DNA of 60,368 nucleotides from Perkinsus olseni (Eukaryota): NCBI GenBank assembly GCA_013115125.1, contig JABANN010000154.1, positions 1 to 60,368 of the forward strand, read 5' to 3'. Shown piece by piece: positions 10,213 to 23,461 of this stretch (position 1 is its first letter; each line of letters starts with the position of its first letter). The notes under the pieces were generated by a model. It saw only the letters and a program-made list of their open reading frames with translations, ran no database searches and was not told where the DNA came from. The position numbers and the translations under genes were made by a program.

Positions 10213-12072
10213 ATGACGGGTATAGTCCTCCGCATGCTCCCGCCAGACGCCTTCACTGGTATACCGTCAACGCCTCCTGAAGACGTTCGGACTGACGCTG
10301 ACCGGGTGAGTTCACAGGAAGGTTGATAGCATCTTTGATTACCTCGTGTAGAAACTGTACTACATTCTCGTGGATGCGAAATTCGTCGGTACTGCCGAGC
10401 TGGACCGTGACCAGGTGAGGGCGTGGTCTTGAGGCGTCTCGGGAACGGTCAGCACTACCCGCCTCAGAGCGTCGACGACCTCAGACTCCCTCTGCTACGC
10501 TGCCCAGAGACGGCGAGCTTGGTTCACCACTTGAGCTCCCTCGAGCTCGCTGACTATGAGGGACGGAATACTCTGGTATGGACTGACTCCTCGCGTGTCG
10601 TATCTGAGTAGTCGCCTCTACCTCAGCGTCTTGGTTCTCGGTCGCAAGTATCTCGCGCTTACCTCACGCTCGCTGTTTCGGATAGGAATGACTCGAGATC
10701 GGCTTACCTGGTGGAGAAAAGTGTGCCATCCGAAGGGTACACGGCTATTAGCGTTACCGTGAATCTGGCCGCCTTACTCATGCTCGGCGTGTTTGAAGTG
10801 CATCGAGGTCTGTCTATGCAGCTCGTTGTCCCTGAGCATTGGCCGAGCTCCATCCAACGACATAGTACTCATGGACCGCTGCGTGAGCAGGACCCACGCG
10901 GTATTGCGGTGGCAACGAGATGAGGCCACACAGTCTATGTTGGCACCTACTATGTAAGGTTGCCAGTCGTGTCGACGGCCGAGGGGATCTCCTTGTCTGC
11001 CTCAGCGAGCCCCTGAGCACGTCTTCCGCGACTTGGGTACAGATTCCGTCTCTCGCCGAACTGCCGCTGATAGCAGGAATGTCTCTCAAGCTCGGCACCG
11101 AGTCGACGGAGTGTCGTGTGATTCGAGCCGACTCTGGTCAGTATAGGGTTGTCGGGAGCTCAAGGATGAGCGCTACGCTAACGGTCACCGTGCTGATGCG
11201 CTTACTGTGTTGTGTTACCTTTGAAAGCCCCGTCTTAGAATCTCTGGTGCTGCATATGCCGGCGGATACTGTATTAGAGACCCCGGATAGCTCCTGTTTA
11301 CCCGCTGAGATGGACTATGGTGACCTCGTCACTAAAATCAGGTTCGTCGCGCTATACCACAGCATTGATCTCAATTACGTTTCGCTCGTCGACTCTTTCG
11401 AAATGTTATTCTAGATACTCTCGCCGAGGCTTGAACACTATAACGATAGGTCGAAGCCGGAGTAATTCGTTGGTTATCCATGCGGACAGGAGTGTATCGA
11501 GCTTCCATTGCCAAATTGTTCCAGGAAGCGCAAGTTCTGCAAATTGTAAGCTGTTTAAGAGGTTTTTGCTGGTACCTTAGCTCCGTACCCCCGTAGTGAA
11601 ACAGTCTGACGCCATCGACAGTTTGGCCGAGTGGTCTAAGGCGCTGGCTTAAGGCGCCAGTCCGAAAGGGCGTGGGTTCGAACCCCACAGCTGTCACTTG
11701 TTTATGTGCATTTCATGGAACGACCGCCGAACCTTACGAATTTCTACAGATGCTCTTCACTCACAGAATCGGTGGTACTTCACTGACCTTGGAGGGACAG
11801 GGACAGCGGTGAGTTCGCACTTCGCTCGAGCTCGTCCTGTGGGTTGGGCGTACAAGCTGGCTGGTTGACTTGGGCTCTTAACTAGTAGGGATCACCTCGG
11901 AGTAGGAGACAGCAGCGACTCGCTACCGCATAACGTTATCACCGGAAGACGGTGATACGTCTGGCAGATATGCCTCCCTCGTGGTTCAAATTCGGAGCAT
12001 CCGTTGTTCAATAACGATGTATTGTACATCGGCAATACATCGATTAAGATGCAGATGAGTTACCACCCATGA
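10213..12072 (+). CDS. FHA-domain protein (probably tandem FHA), multi-exon
   Basis: TITIGRSRSNSLVIHADRSVSSFHCQI...SAN|YALHSQNRWYFTDLGGTGTA|ICLPRGSNSEHPLFNNDVLYIGNTSIKM fits FHA (GR..S..H, DL..GT, D.L.IG). A second degenerate FHA-like end is seen upstream (PLIAGMSLKLG). Start approximate. Confidence 0.72.
11617..11696 (+). tRNA. trnL-AAG: tRNA-Leu(AAG), inside intron 11546-11749 of the FHA gene, sense orientation
   Basis: GACAGTT/AGCTGTC acceptor, A-box TGGCCGAGTGG, anticodon arm CTGGC-TTAAGGC-GCCAG, long variable arm, GTGGG-TTCGAAC-CCCAC T-arm. Confidence 0.97.
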
Positions 12073-12134
12073 CAACTTGACTACATGAATACTATCTCTC
12101 TCCTGAGGTCTGTTGCGTTCCTCGTCCCCTAGCT

Positions 12135-14568
12135 ATGACGTGGATCGAAAACACACCTGCGGTCATGCGAAGGGCACCGACGCGAAATGGTTATGTTTTG
12201 GCACTCTTCGTAGCACTAGATTCTCTCGGAGAGGATGTGATAATGAGGGCGTATACCGTTGTAATCGTCCGTTCAAGCAACTTCTCCGTAACCACCACTA
12301 CCAAACCACCACTTTTGGGGCGCGTGGCTCTCGGGCACTCGGCGGGTTACATCAGGATTTGCGGGCATCCTGAAGCTACGGACGATACTAGGGAGCAGAT
12401 TAGCTGAGAATGGCGGTGCGCCAAGTCCTCAGCCGCGTTGATCCCTCCCAGCTCGTGAACCCAGCACTAACGCGCACCAGCGAGATGAGTATGCGCTTTA
12501 CGAAGTGTATCTCCCGCAATCGGATGCAGTCAAACTGGGTGGAACCCGCTGTTGCTGGGTGCTTATATGCGTTGTGCCAGACCACTACCGAAGAATTAAA
12601 CTGAAGTGGTCAGGATGCACATCGCTGGGATCGATCCGGGGACCGTTAGGATGATAGGCGCCCGCTCGCCGGATTGAACTATTTGTGCAGAAGATGCCAG
12701 CTTGGCCTGAGAGCTTCTCACAGTGCCGCCCATCACGGTGCTCGTCGAGGCGCTCCTACACGAGTGGCCTACAAGAGGCTACGGAAGGAAGTTTTGTGAT
12801 TTGTGGGTGGTCTGAGTCTGCGTGACGGCTCCTCGATAGTACTGTTGCTGTCGTTGCAGTCAACACGCTTGGACCAGTTCTAACCGAGTCACAGTCACCC
12901 TTGATGGCAGACTTGAGCAAATCTTCCGCGTCAATTGAGCCCTACCGACACGAACTAGCGGAATGTAGTGTCGATAATGTGAGAAGGGAGATGAGGGACC
13001 TGCGAGCTTCGGTGGCTAGTGCACCTGCCAGGAGGTGCTGTCGATCCGAGAGGGTCTCTGTTGGGGTGAGCGCATGCTCCGTGAAGAGCAAATATCGTCT
13101 TCCACTGTGCTGACGCCTCGGTCAAAGATGCGGCCGAGAGTGATGGCGAAGTTGAAGCAAGAAGAGGCCCTAAAATGGGCTAGCAAAAGGGAGAGGATGC
13201 TACGAGCGGCTCGGAATAGAAGAGCTGAACATGCGCAGGGTATGCGGGTAACAGGTAGTTCGGGAGTGAGCTGGCTCCTGCTGCTGATCACAGGTGTCTT
13301 GACCGAGGAGCATACTTTCAAACCGGAGATAGCGGCCTGTCCGCCCTCCTCACGTACACGACATGAAGCGGAGGTTGTAATAAAGGGGCCTTGATCCATG
13401 GCTTGGTGAAATGATAGATACGACGGGGTCAAGGGCATTTCGGCAGATTCAACTGGAGCGAAGTCTCCAATTTCTTGCCCTCTTATATCCTCCACTAATC
13501 GACGTTGTGATTGGAGGATGTATGGCTCTATACGTCTTCTGAGTGATGTTTCGGCTTCGCTCAATATGGACCCTCTACTAGCTCGTATCCGCAAGGCTAC
13601 ATGAAAGGCACTACTTGAGTTACTGTAGCACGAGTCAAGTCAAAGATCGCAATCGTTTGGCACTATTTGATTTCTGGGACTACTCTTCAGAATGAATCAC
13701 CTGAGTCCTCGAGTACCGCGGGTAATGTGCAGAGTCCAGCAGTGGCAGGGAAAAGGGCTACCAAACCTTCCAAGATCCGAAATGCTCCAGGGCCTGAGAA
13801 AGTGCAACGGGTTTGCAGATGCATTATGTGACGCTCGTAGCGCTGGTGTAGGCCGACACTGGGAGAATAGCGGTCCTCAACGTAGCACTGCATGAGGCTC
13901 TGGATGAGGTTGAGAGGTGGAAGGAGCGGTGCAAGGAGGTCATCCATCACTCCCCCGATGGAGCTGACATCCCTCTCTAGGTTGCCGTGTCGCTTTGCCG
14001 CGCGGAGTTGGAACTTAGACGGAAAGATAAAGAGGTTGCTGACACTTCAATCGTCTACTCCACCAATCTGTGCTTTTAGATTTCCGAGCTGCGAGGATCA
14101 TGTGAAGCACTGTTGCAGCGGAACCAGACGAACCGTGAAGAGCTCGAGGGGGATAGCCCGGTGATAGTGTATCGTCTATGTCGGGACATCGTGTCTGATT
14201 AGAGCACCGAAGACTTGTACTTTGCTGGAGTCGATGGTTCTGGAAACCTCCATGGATCGAGCAGCTCGGGTGAGAGCAGTGCAGGACGATGGTCTTAGTT
14301 AGTATTACTGTCGTGAGGAGCTCTAAGGCTACTGCTACTGGCTCTTATCACCCTCACGCTCCGTCACAGTGCTGATGTCCGTATACTAGGTGACGAAGCC
14401 TCCAGCGATAGCGAGGTCACAGCTGACTTTGGCGGGAGTCCCAGAGCATCTCCGAGCAGGGAGCGGTCTGATCCCACTGAACCCCTGGAGAGGATTGTCC
14501 GTCAGCTCGGAGATATGCTCCGTTCGAATAGGGAGGCTCTGATCCATGGCCGCCATGACCATCCTTGA
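12135..14568 (+). CDS. Hypothetical coiled-coil/low-complexity protein, multi-exon
   Basis: Chain of GT-AG-bounded open exons (e.g. KLKQEEALKWASKRERMLRAARNRRAE, EEHTFKPEI, terminal exon ...LERIVRQLGDMLRSNREALIHGRHDHP*). No family recognised; could be two genes. Confidence 0.5.
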
Positions 14569-14668
14569 AGCTCCCTGTCTCGTTATATAGGTTTTGAGTT
14601 GAAGTGAGTTGAATACGATGGGCAGCTGTTTTTACTACCTACTATTACTACTTACTGTCCTATCACTA

Positions 14669-16663
14669 ATGCTACCCGAACGCGCACCGATGGCACAAGT
14701 GTCGTCGGCAATGCCGTCTCCGCCACCCCCACCATCATCGTCATCATCAACTCTAGCAGTACCGCAGACAGCAGTGGGGGGCGCAGAGTCCTTGCCGATG
14801 AGAAGCGCCTTGACAGTGGTAGTATTGGGAAGGCTCAGGGTTGCTTGGCTTATCCACGGAAGCAGGTACCTGAGGATTTGCCGGCGATAAAATATCGTCA
14901 TACGATGGTGCTGATATCCCGTGCCCTTTACAGCCGTAAAATTGCGGAGTTGGTCTGTACAAGCGACGAGGCTATGGCAGTGGCCCACAGCAGAGGGACT
15001 GAGGGGGAGGACGACGATGATGATGATACCCCTAGGAATGAGCATAGTGCTGGAACTGAGGGATCCAGCAACAACAGCAGCGTGGCTGCTACGGATGGCG
15101 GTGGTCTCGGGGATGCTAATGCTACTACGGGCTCTCCTCAAGAGTGTCGTTGCACGAGAAGGAAGAGTAGGAGGGATACAAAGAAGTAGTAGTTGTGAGG
15201 GTGCTGGGCAGCTGGTAGATCGCTGTTGCCTCGTCCCAGGTGTTACTGTTCCTTGAGCCGCTCCTTGTCAACTTACTCAGCCCAGCAGCAGTCGGCCGTG
15301 ATACAGCGGCAGGGTACAGGCCCGTGGTCCCACAACCCCTCCGTGAGCTCTAGTGGGCTTGCTAGTCCAAGTGTCGCGGGCTTGGCTCGCTCAGTGACTA
15401 GTGAGAGTGCCCTCAGTCTGCAGGATAGGGGAACTACTTCCTTGGACCTACGACGGGGGTTCTCGGGCTCTATGGCAGTTATCAGCAGGATTGCCTTCGA
15501 ATCGGTAGTAATAAGGGTGTTCTTTGGCGCCTCTCACATCGTGCCCACTCGGAAAACTCTTCGTGACTTCCTCACTTTGTTGGCCATACGACGGAGATGT
15601 TGACTGCGCCTACCGTAGCGTAGTGATGCTAGTGCGTAGGGCTATAGGGTGCTGCTCGGTAAGCGGGGTCTCTTGGTGTCTGATGGACTGGAATATCACT
15701 ACGAACATCAAGGGGTCCGAGCTACTGATGGTCGTGTGAGATTCCGCAAATGCATTCTAAGTTGCCGTGCGACGTAGCCCATGCGACCTAGTGCCTCGAC
15801 TAGTGTCGTCCCGAACTCTATGCTGGCTCAGGTGTCCCACAAATACTCGTCCACGATACCCAAGCTGACGAGTTTCTCAGCGGCTATCAACACATGCTTG
15901 ATCTTCGTGCTTGCTGGTGACCTGCCGCCTTCCGGCGCAGGGCCGTGGACCCCCTCAGCGGATCTGCCGAACGGAGGGCAAACTCGAAGAGGAGAAGGCT
16001 CTGCATCGTCCACACCAGCCTCATCCTCAGGCAGAGCGGTCTCTCAGGAGAGCTCTTCAGACATCTCCGGGGTGGACCTTGGCATCTGCCGAGTCAGCGC
16101 TGTGGAGGGCGTAGAATGTGGATGTTTCGGTTTCTTCGGTGGCCATGGGCGGTGTCGTGGCAACAACAACAGCAGCCCTGCAAGCGCTGATCGTGGCGAT
16201 GGACGCTCCAGCGGCGAAGTCGAAGTTCGCGACGATGAACGGATAGTAGGCTTAGCGATAGCAGAGGCCTGTTGGCATGTGGCTGGTCCGTTTTCAGGAG
16301 GATGATCTGAGGATGCTGGAGCTCCGACTTCGGCAATGGCAACGTCAACGACAGCACATGAGTGACGATTCCAAACCACTGTCGGTGCTACTGGTCATCA
16401 GTGACTATGACAGGAAGATGGAATACGATAGAGAGCAGCACATCTTCACCAGGCATGAGCGCCAGGCGTTGAAGAACAAGCATACTCTATTGTTATCGTC
16501 AGTGGACTCCTTGTGGGACAAGTGGGGTTCAAGAGGGGAGAGGGTGTTGGACGATAAGATATTCACCTCTTGGGATGGTGACAAGCTGCATGCTGTGGTC
16601 ACTGACCTTTCTACCCGGCTAGCCCATGCCTATGTTACTGCACGACCGCCGGACGCAGTGTGA
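14669..16663 (+). CDS. Hypothetical protein, multi-exon
   Basis: Successive plus-strand open exons separated by GT-AG introns, ending ...LSVLLVISDYDRKM...RLAHAYVTARPPDAV*. Confidence 0.55.
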
Positions 16664-17631
16664 TGGAAGCTGCCTCTGCAGAATGCCGGTTGAACATCGC
16701 CTGAATCACATAATTTTATGTTTCTGTAATTTTGCAGCTCCCTCATCCTGATATACTTCCGATACTTTTATCCTGCTTGTGCCAGCGACAGCACGCCTAC
16801 GGTCATGACCACCATGCTGTTGCTGAATGGATCATCCTTCTCCCTCTTCCATTACTGTTGTTGCCGTGGATGCTTGTGAGCTTCCTAGTCGGTGAGTTGA
16901 TGATGATATCACTATTTACCGTCATTTATCGTTCGTCCTAAGTATCGGGTACATTGCTTGTTCCTATGCTCGTTGTGGCATTAAAGTCAAAGTCAACTTG
17001 TCGTGTCAATGTCTTGTTGCTGTTCTACTATGCAGTTTCTATCTAGAAGAATCTCCGAATACCTGTTCTTCGGCTTCTCTATTTGAAGCTTCATCTACGT
17101 TTTTCTTCCATATAGACTGAGGTGTAATTGCCTTCGCTGCCAGACACTGGTTCCGAGAAGCTATCGAGAGTGCGTTTTTACCTACCGGGACCCTCGTGTC
17201 CCGTTTTGTACTACTTCGCTGTGAGACGTCTCGCCTTGGCGGCTGGTGGAATATCGCAGATGTTTGTTCTTGGCGGTCGCCGTTCCACTTTTTTCTCTCG
17301 GGCTGACCATAAAACTAGCGTAGAGCTGAATGTCATTAGCTAGTAGAGTTCCTGCTGCTGCTACTGTTGTTGTTCGAATGGTGTCTTTGTCGTTTCTGTT
17401 GTTGCTGTTTCAATTCTGTGTATCATTATTTGATGTACTGCTATTTACTCTTAACCGCGCTATACCGCCCCGCTCTTCTCACGCCTGTGATTCAAGTTGG
17501 AGTGCTATGTGTGTTTGCTACATCACTTCAGAGCCACTTGTGTTGCCAACTGGCGGTTCGTGGTATCGTCATATGCCGTGCACGTAGTTCCTTTTGTCTT
17601 TAGCAGGCTTCATTGCTACTGCATCTCAACA

Positions 17632-20600
17632 ATGGCGATTTCCTACCGAAACGAGGAGCACGGCTCAGCTTCTTTGAGCTGGCGGACCAAGTTTTTATGG
17701 CTTGTATTAGCAATGATGCTGACCAGCTTTCTCGGCTCCACACTGTACTCGCTGATAATGCGGCCCTTCGTCACCCTGGGAGCCATCACCATATTCTTCT
17801 GTCTTATGTGGTAGGCCATTGCTGGAGTGAACTCCCCATTGCAGCTCTTCTTATGGTCGTGATGGTGACCGATCTTTTGGTCGGCTTTGTCCGCTCTTCG
17901 GTATCCATAAGAAATGTGCATGCCTCTCCCACAACACGGACTTCTCAGCTCATCGAGACTCTCGGTAGGTACTGTGGATCGGACACCAATGCCTTACACA
18001 GCAGCAACGAGTTCGAGAATATCTTCTGGACACTTATGTGCATGTTCTGTAAGAGGCCAGTACGGGTGCTCTGTCCATCCTCCTTACCTCTGCCCGTGCC
18101 TTGTATTTCAGCTATGGTGGTCTTCCTGGCTCTACCTGATTCTCCCTTGAACATTGCCTCGATATCCAGCCCGAGTGGAGCAGTGGGGGTAAGAGTGGCT
18201 CGGTTGGTCTCGAGTATGTCTCTCGTTGTTATATGGCCGTTCATGCTCCTTTCGACAAGCTTTCTCTACCGTTCAATCCTCGGGTCGTGTAAGATCCTCT
18301 TCCACTCGTGACTGTAGTGTCTACAGATTCCTTTGCTCGTTGTCTGTGGTCCAAGCATTGCTCTCTGGGCATTCCGTCGGAGTCATCGAGCGGAGCTGAC
18401 GGAGAAGCCAGGAGTCTTCCTACGACGAGTCTCATCGCAGCTGCTGGTAGGCTACTGCTGCCGATCGTGCTTTGTTCAATGCTCTCTCTGTTATCCACCG
18501 TGGATCGAGTTGATCTTCTTGTGTCAGCAACACTCGACTCCCGCCGAGATGAACATTGTAAAAGAGGCTGTGGCATCTCTGGATGACTACTTGAGGCAGT
18601 TAGATCATAAGTGTGTTCAAATAGATATGCTGAGGATACCGCACTTCTACTGCATCAGGTATCTTCCATCCACGCTGAACAAGTTCTATAACTACAACCG
18701 TATCCTGTATGCAGAATCTAAGATAATTCAGATCTTCAGGGAAGCAACTAGTGACGTGAGTTCAGGGAGAAAAAATAGAAAAAACTGTCCCGCTCGATCG
18801 TGTCAAAGGTTTCTCAAATCTTCGGTTCTAGCGTGGCTTTGGAGCAACTATCGCCATTGTTGTTAGAAACGACACTTCTCTTACCTTGTTTTGAAGTCGA
18901 AGCTGCCACTCATTTTGTACAAGGTGAAGGATCATCCGATGATGCCCCACCGGAGAATGCTCATCCAGGTAGGCGTTTGGATCTTCAGTCGGTGAATATA
19001 CCGTTTCACAGGTCTTGTCAACAGAGCGCTTACACGATGAGAATGTACCAGCACGAGCACTAGTTCTCCATGCTTTGCAGCAGCTGAAAGTCTCGAGCGA
19101 TCGGGAGACGATCGAAATTGCTGTGAGAAATATAATATGTGGTGAGTAGTTCTGGAAAAGAAGAAAAAGAGAGTGATAGTGTAGCACGTGCGTAGGTACT
19201 CATGGTCGAGATTTGACAGAACTCAAGGCACTAATTGACTCGAAAGGTTGTTATCAGTCCCTACATAAGCTTGTTTATCACGATCTTAAAACCCGATCTA
19301 TTAGGTGAGGTTTTCGAAGGCTTTGCAACAAGTCTGGGGGGATCGATCTGTGGTGTATGTTGACATCAGTGTGGTCTTCAGGCATGAGATATCGCGGCAT
19401 ATGATCACTGAAGCTCATCTGTTGCGTAACTCGAGCCATTCGCTGTTGTCAGCACGGGACCGACGTGAGTGAAACATTCCTAGGCCCTGCGACCAATTTA
19501 CGTTCGCTATCTTACTGATGCCTTTCTTCTCTGGTTCGGCATTGAAGGATAGAGTTGATCATCTTCGCAGCGACTTCTCTTCAGGTTCGTCATCAGGACT
19601 TGACGGTGGCCCGAGCGGACTGCGGCGTAACTACTCGATGCCGAGTTTCCAGAAAATAAAAGAACAGTACGACAGGATGTCGGACGCCAATAACCTCAAC
19701 TATGGTGATGATTATTTAGTGGACCAGATGAATATCAGAGGGGCAACAGACGAGTGTAAGTAACGCAAGGGGGAGTATACCACTAGGAAAATCCGTCCTC
19801 TTGACGTCTCCGTCTTTCTCGTTATGGCCCATAGCTCATGGCAGTGAGGCCAAAAACGCTAGTTCTTTTTCGTGTTCTTGCTCGATCAGTACGTAGCTTG
19901 AACCCCTTTCCATGTTCCCGCGCGGATAAGAACCACTATGAAGCCGCTGATCAAAGGCAGGGAGAAGATGGGGGAAATGGGATGCTTCATTATTGCAAAC
20001 TTGAGGGACGTTGCTACACCTCTGATGGCTCGACTGGGACTGGCACCCGACTGGGCATGACTCCGGCGTAAGAGGCAATGCATCGCGGCAGTTCTACCGC
20101 AGATCATCCGGTGATGATTATCGCATCTCGATGTGTGGCACGCCGACGGGAACCTCCCCGAGGTATGGTTTCTTTCGAATGAAGTCCGCTGGTCGTTGCC
20201 GGGGCTCCTCGACCGGTTCCTGAGCCATCAGTGCATCTCGAGTAATGATAGGTAGCGCCGATGGCAGTTGCATGATCAAGGAAGCTCTGAAGTATTCCGT
20301 GAGAGGCTGTCACCTGAATTATTTTGTGCACTGTACTTTCCCTGAGAAAAAAAGCCGTTCGGCAGAGTCGACAATTTCTGGTGAAGGTGGGAATTCCAGA
20401 CAACGAAGGGCAATCTCCCACACATTCACTTGATAGTCTGGAACAATAATTGGCAAACTGTGGTGGAGTTATCCCGATTCAGCAGAGGAGAGCGCGAATA
20501 AATAAGGGCATAGTGGGAAGTTATCGCTCGATTATGGGCAAGCGGGAGGATCTCGATGAACTATGGGGCAGGCAGGAAGAACTCGCCCAGATTCTTTCAT

Positions 20601-23006
20601 GCGGTACGGAGTTCCAGATGTCCCGATCAGTAGCGGTCGTATTTCGACGTTATATAATCGATGTTCAGAGCTATTCTGGGGTCTTATTGACTCAGATGGG
20701 ACCGATCATGTCACCACGATGCCTTGAAGATCATGTTCGTGGCGGGCGCGACGTAGATCATCGCATAGCTTCTCCGCCTTGTCGTTGTATATATTGGTTT
20801 GTGTTAAAAGATATAAACCGCAACCTCGGAATTCGAGAGTTGTGGTTATAGATTATGATACTCCTCTGAGTTCTCCTCAGAGGAGCATCCAACTCTCGGG
20901 ACCTTTTTCAGTTTAGAGCGAAAGCCTATAATTGGCTGCGCAGGCCGGTCGAGAGAACATTGCACTTTTGTGGGATCTCAGATGAAATCCTCGCTGGATC
21001 CGCTCAAGCTTTGTCGGCGAACGACACTAGTGGGCCTTATGAGTTCTCAGTGAATAGGTGGGTGTTTTCGTAGCAAAGGGCTGTCATTCGACATGCTGGA
21101 CGCTCCAGTCCATTGGTCTGTTTGGTAGTGAGTATTTCTCTCAGGCGTATATTCGAGAACTGCCATACGAAGGTGTTGTCGGATGTGGACGATACTCTCG
21201 TGTGCTCCGGTGGTATGCATCCGGCAGGCTGCGATACTGAGTGAGATCTTCGGGCTGGAAGTATGCGTGTGATAGCTCCGCAGGGTAGCTTGCGCCAGTC
21301 GGTTCGATCGCGTTCTAGTAAGCTGCCAACTGGCATTGCTATGGCAATATATACCTCGAGTCACCGCTGGTAGCGCCTGACACATTGCAGCTGATCATTG
21401 AGGCTGCACAGGCTTACCGTGATTCGATTTCGTGGATTTCGGATCGCCCCTACTGTGTGAGTTCTCCTTATATAATCAGTTACCCTCGTAAGACCGTTTA
21501 TCCTGGCGTCGGAGCCTTCTACCGAGAGCTCGACCTAGGAGTGTAAGAATGGACTCACTGCATACTGGGCTGCTCGATTGGAGCCTGCCTGCCTTGTTGA
21601 CAGTCCCTGTTCTCCCTGTGCGCGAGTTTCTGATAGCTGGTATCTCTCAGTGCTCACCCCGAACCATGGCCTTCCAGCGCCAATGATAGCTACAACATTC
21701 TTGGCAACTTGGTATTCCTGTCTGCTCGACCTCATGTATACAAGGATTTGACCGAAAATAAAAGCTATGAGAAGTTCATCAAGTATTACCAGGACGGTGT
21801 CCTGCATTGTAATAGGGATTGGCTCGGATGAATTCTCTTTTTTATCTACTCGCTCATCAGCTTTATTTCCTCAAGAATGCTCCAATCCGTTTGACCATAC
21901 CGCCTTTCTTCTGTGATGCTCGAGCTTCTCACGGCGCTGATGATCTCAGGTGTCCCAACACTCCTACCGGGGTCTATGACTAAAGGTGCAGACTTTTTGC
22001 TTCGGGAGCGGTTGGAACCGTTGGCTGAGAATAAATACACCAACTTTAAGGAGTAGGTTGGGAGCGACCAATGGTGTTGTGAAGACCATCTCGGCGGCGG
22101 CTAGGTACGCGTCACTGTATCCAGAGTACGACTTTGTTTTTATCGGGGATAATGGCCAGGCAGACGTCAGAGCAGCTGCAAAAATGATGGAGGTAAGGGG
22201 AAGCAGCAACTCTTCGCTTACCACGCAGTTCACCCAGGTTCCCTTCGCGAATCTGAAGATGGCGTACATTCACAAAGTTCAGGACGGCGAGACCTATGGC
22301 CTGCCGACTAAGGGAGACAAGAGGCTCGACAAGGTACGGTAGCTTTTGTGGACGCTAGGTGGAAGGCAAGTGGGTTGCCATCAGTTCTACTTCTTCACCA
22401 ACTACGTACAAGCCGGTACCCATGCTTACGAGCATCAGCTGATATCCTTCGAAGGCATCAAGCGTCTAGTGCAGCAGGCCAATGACGAGTTCGACGCGAT
22501 AGAGTAGTAAAAGGGTGGATAATGTGGACGTCGATTGCGTCTTCTTTGCTGCTCCTGAGCTATGTTGTTCGTATAATTAGGCCCTCCCTTGCCAAGGAGC
22601 ATCGACAAGCGCTGAGGGAGGACATCGATAAAGCAACTAAGGAGTGCCTCCGCGATATTCATGAGAAGGACCCGTTGTTCCGACTCGAGAGACATCATGC
22701 AGAGGGCAGCCAGAAGGGTGAAAATGAAGACGACAAGGCTGATGGAAAGACCGACCCCAACAAAGATGGCGTTGAATCCCGAGGGAATCCTGACGGACAA
22801 CGGGTGGGTTGCTTGAGTGCTTAGTTTCGGTGTAACGCTTGCATTTAGAGAGCGCATCCTCTTGCCTCGGTAGACTAGATTCGGAATTGTGCTCGTCCTC
22901 TCAGGAAGATGCTGTGAGCCCTGCGCCCAGTGAACCACCAAGCGCTCTTGCGGGTGACAAGGCCTGTGGTGGGGCCAGTTCTACCGCTGAGGCTCCTGAG
23001 GTTTGA
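17632..23006 (+). CDS. Membrane-anchored App1-like (DUF2183-type) HAD phosphatidate phosphatase family protein, multi-exon
   Basis: N-terminal hydrophobic helices, then KVLSDVDDTLVCSGG, D|YPRKTVYPGVGAFYRELD, FLSARPHVYKD, PTLLPGS and LYPEYDFVFIGDNGQAD (HAD motifs of the App1 family). Joining of the N-terminal TM part to the catalytic part is inferred. Confidence 0.78.
19938..20740 (+). mobile_element. Decayed Helitron-like Rep (HUH endonuclease) fragment in a ~1.1-1.2 kb intron
   Basis: One frame with several stops reads EKKPFGRVDNFW*RWEFQTTKGNLPHIHLIVW (EFQ at 20391), matching Helitron Rep motif II (EFQ..G.PHxH). Intron starts at 19756 and ends at 20851 or 20981. Confidence 0.75.
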
Positions 23007-23461
23007 ATGTCTGATGATTGTTTACTCGGTGTTTGCGATAACAAATTGACTTTGATATGTGTGTACAATTTCTTCTGTTTTAACGTTACACTTGCGCTTT
23101 TCAAGTCAGCATAAATGGAGTTTTGTTGAAGTCAACTTTCGAGTCATTTACTCGCTTGAGGGCACACTTAGCAGTGCTAAGTAAGCACTGCCTTTCGATT
23201 ACGTTCCTTTGACTTTTCTGAATCGCCGTCGGCTGGGAGAGCTGCCGAGCTGCCGAATGTTTCTTCCTTCGAGTCTGTGGACGTTTTTCATGACGTGATT
23301 CGCGATCGCCCTTCTTTTGTCGCTTAAGGTCCAGTGGTCGCCTTAGGCCGACGCTTGCACTAGTATATCCGAAGGGAATTTCGTTGGCCGATCCGAGGTG
23401 GTGCTGCTCATTTAGACCGATAGAGCTGCAGTTCTTCAACTAATTTGAGACGCCGGTCAGC

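Noticed and set aside
13016-13950. Minus-strand ORFs of 192 and 87 aa
   Set aside because: They overlap plus-strand exons with consistent GT-AG boundaries and show no recognisable product.
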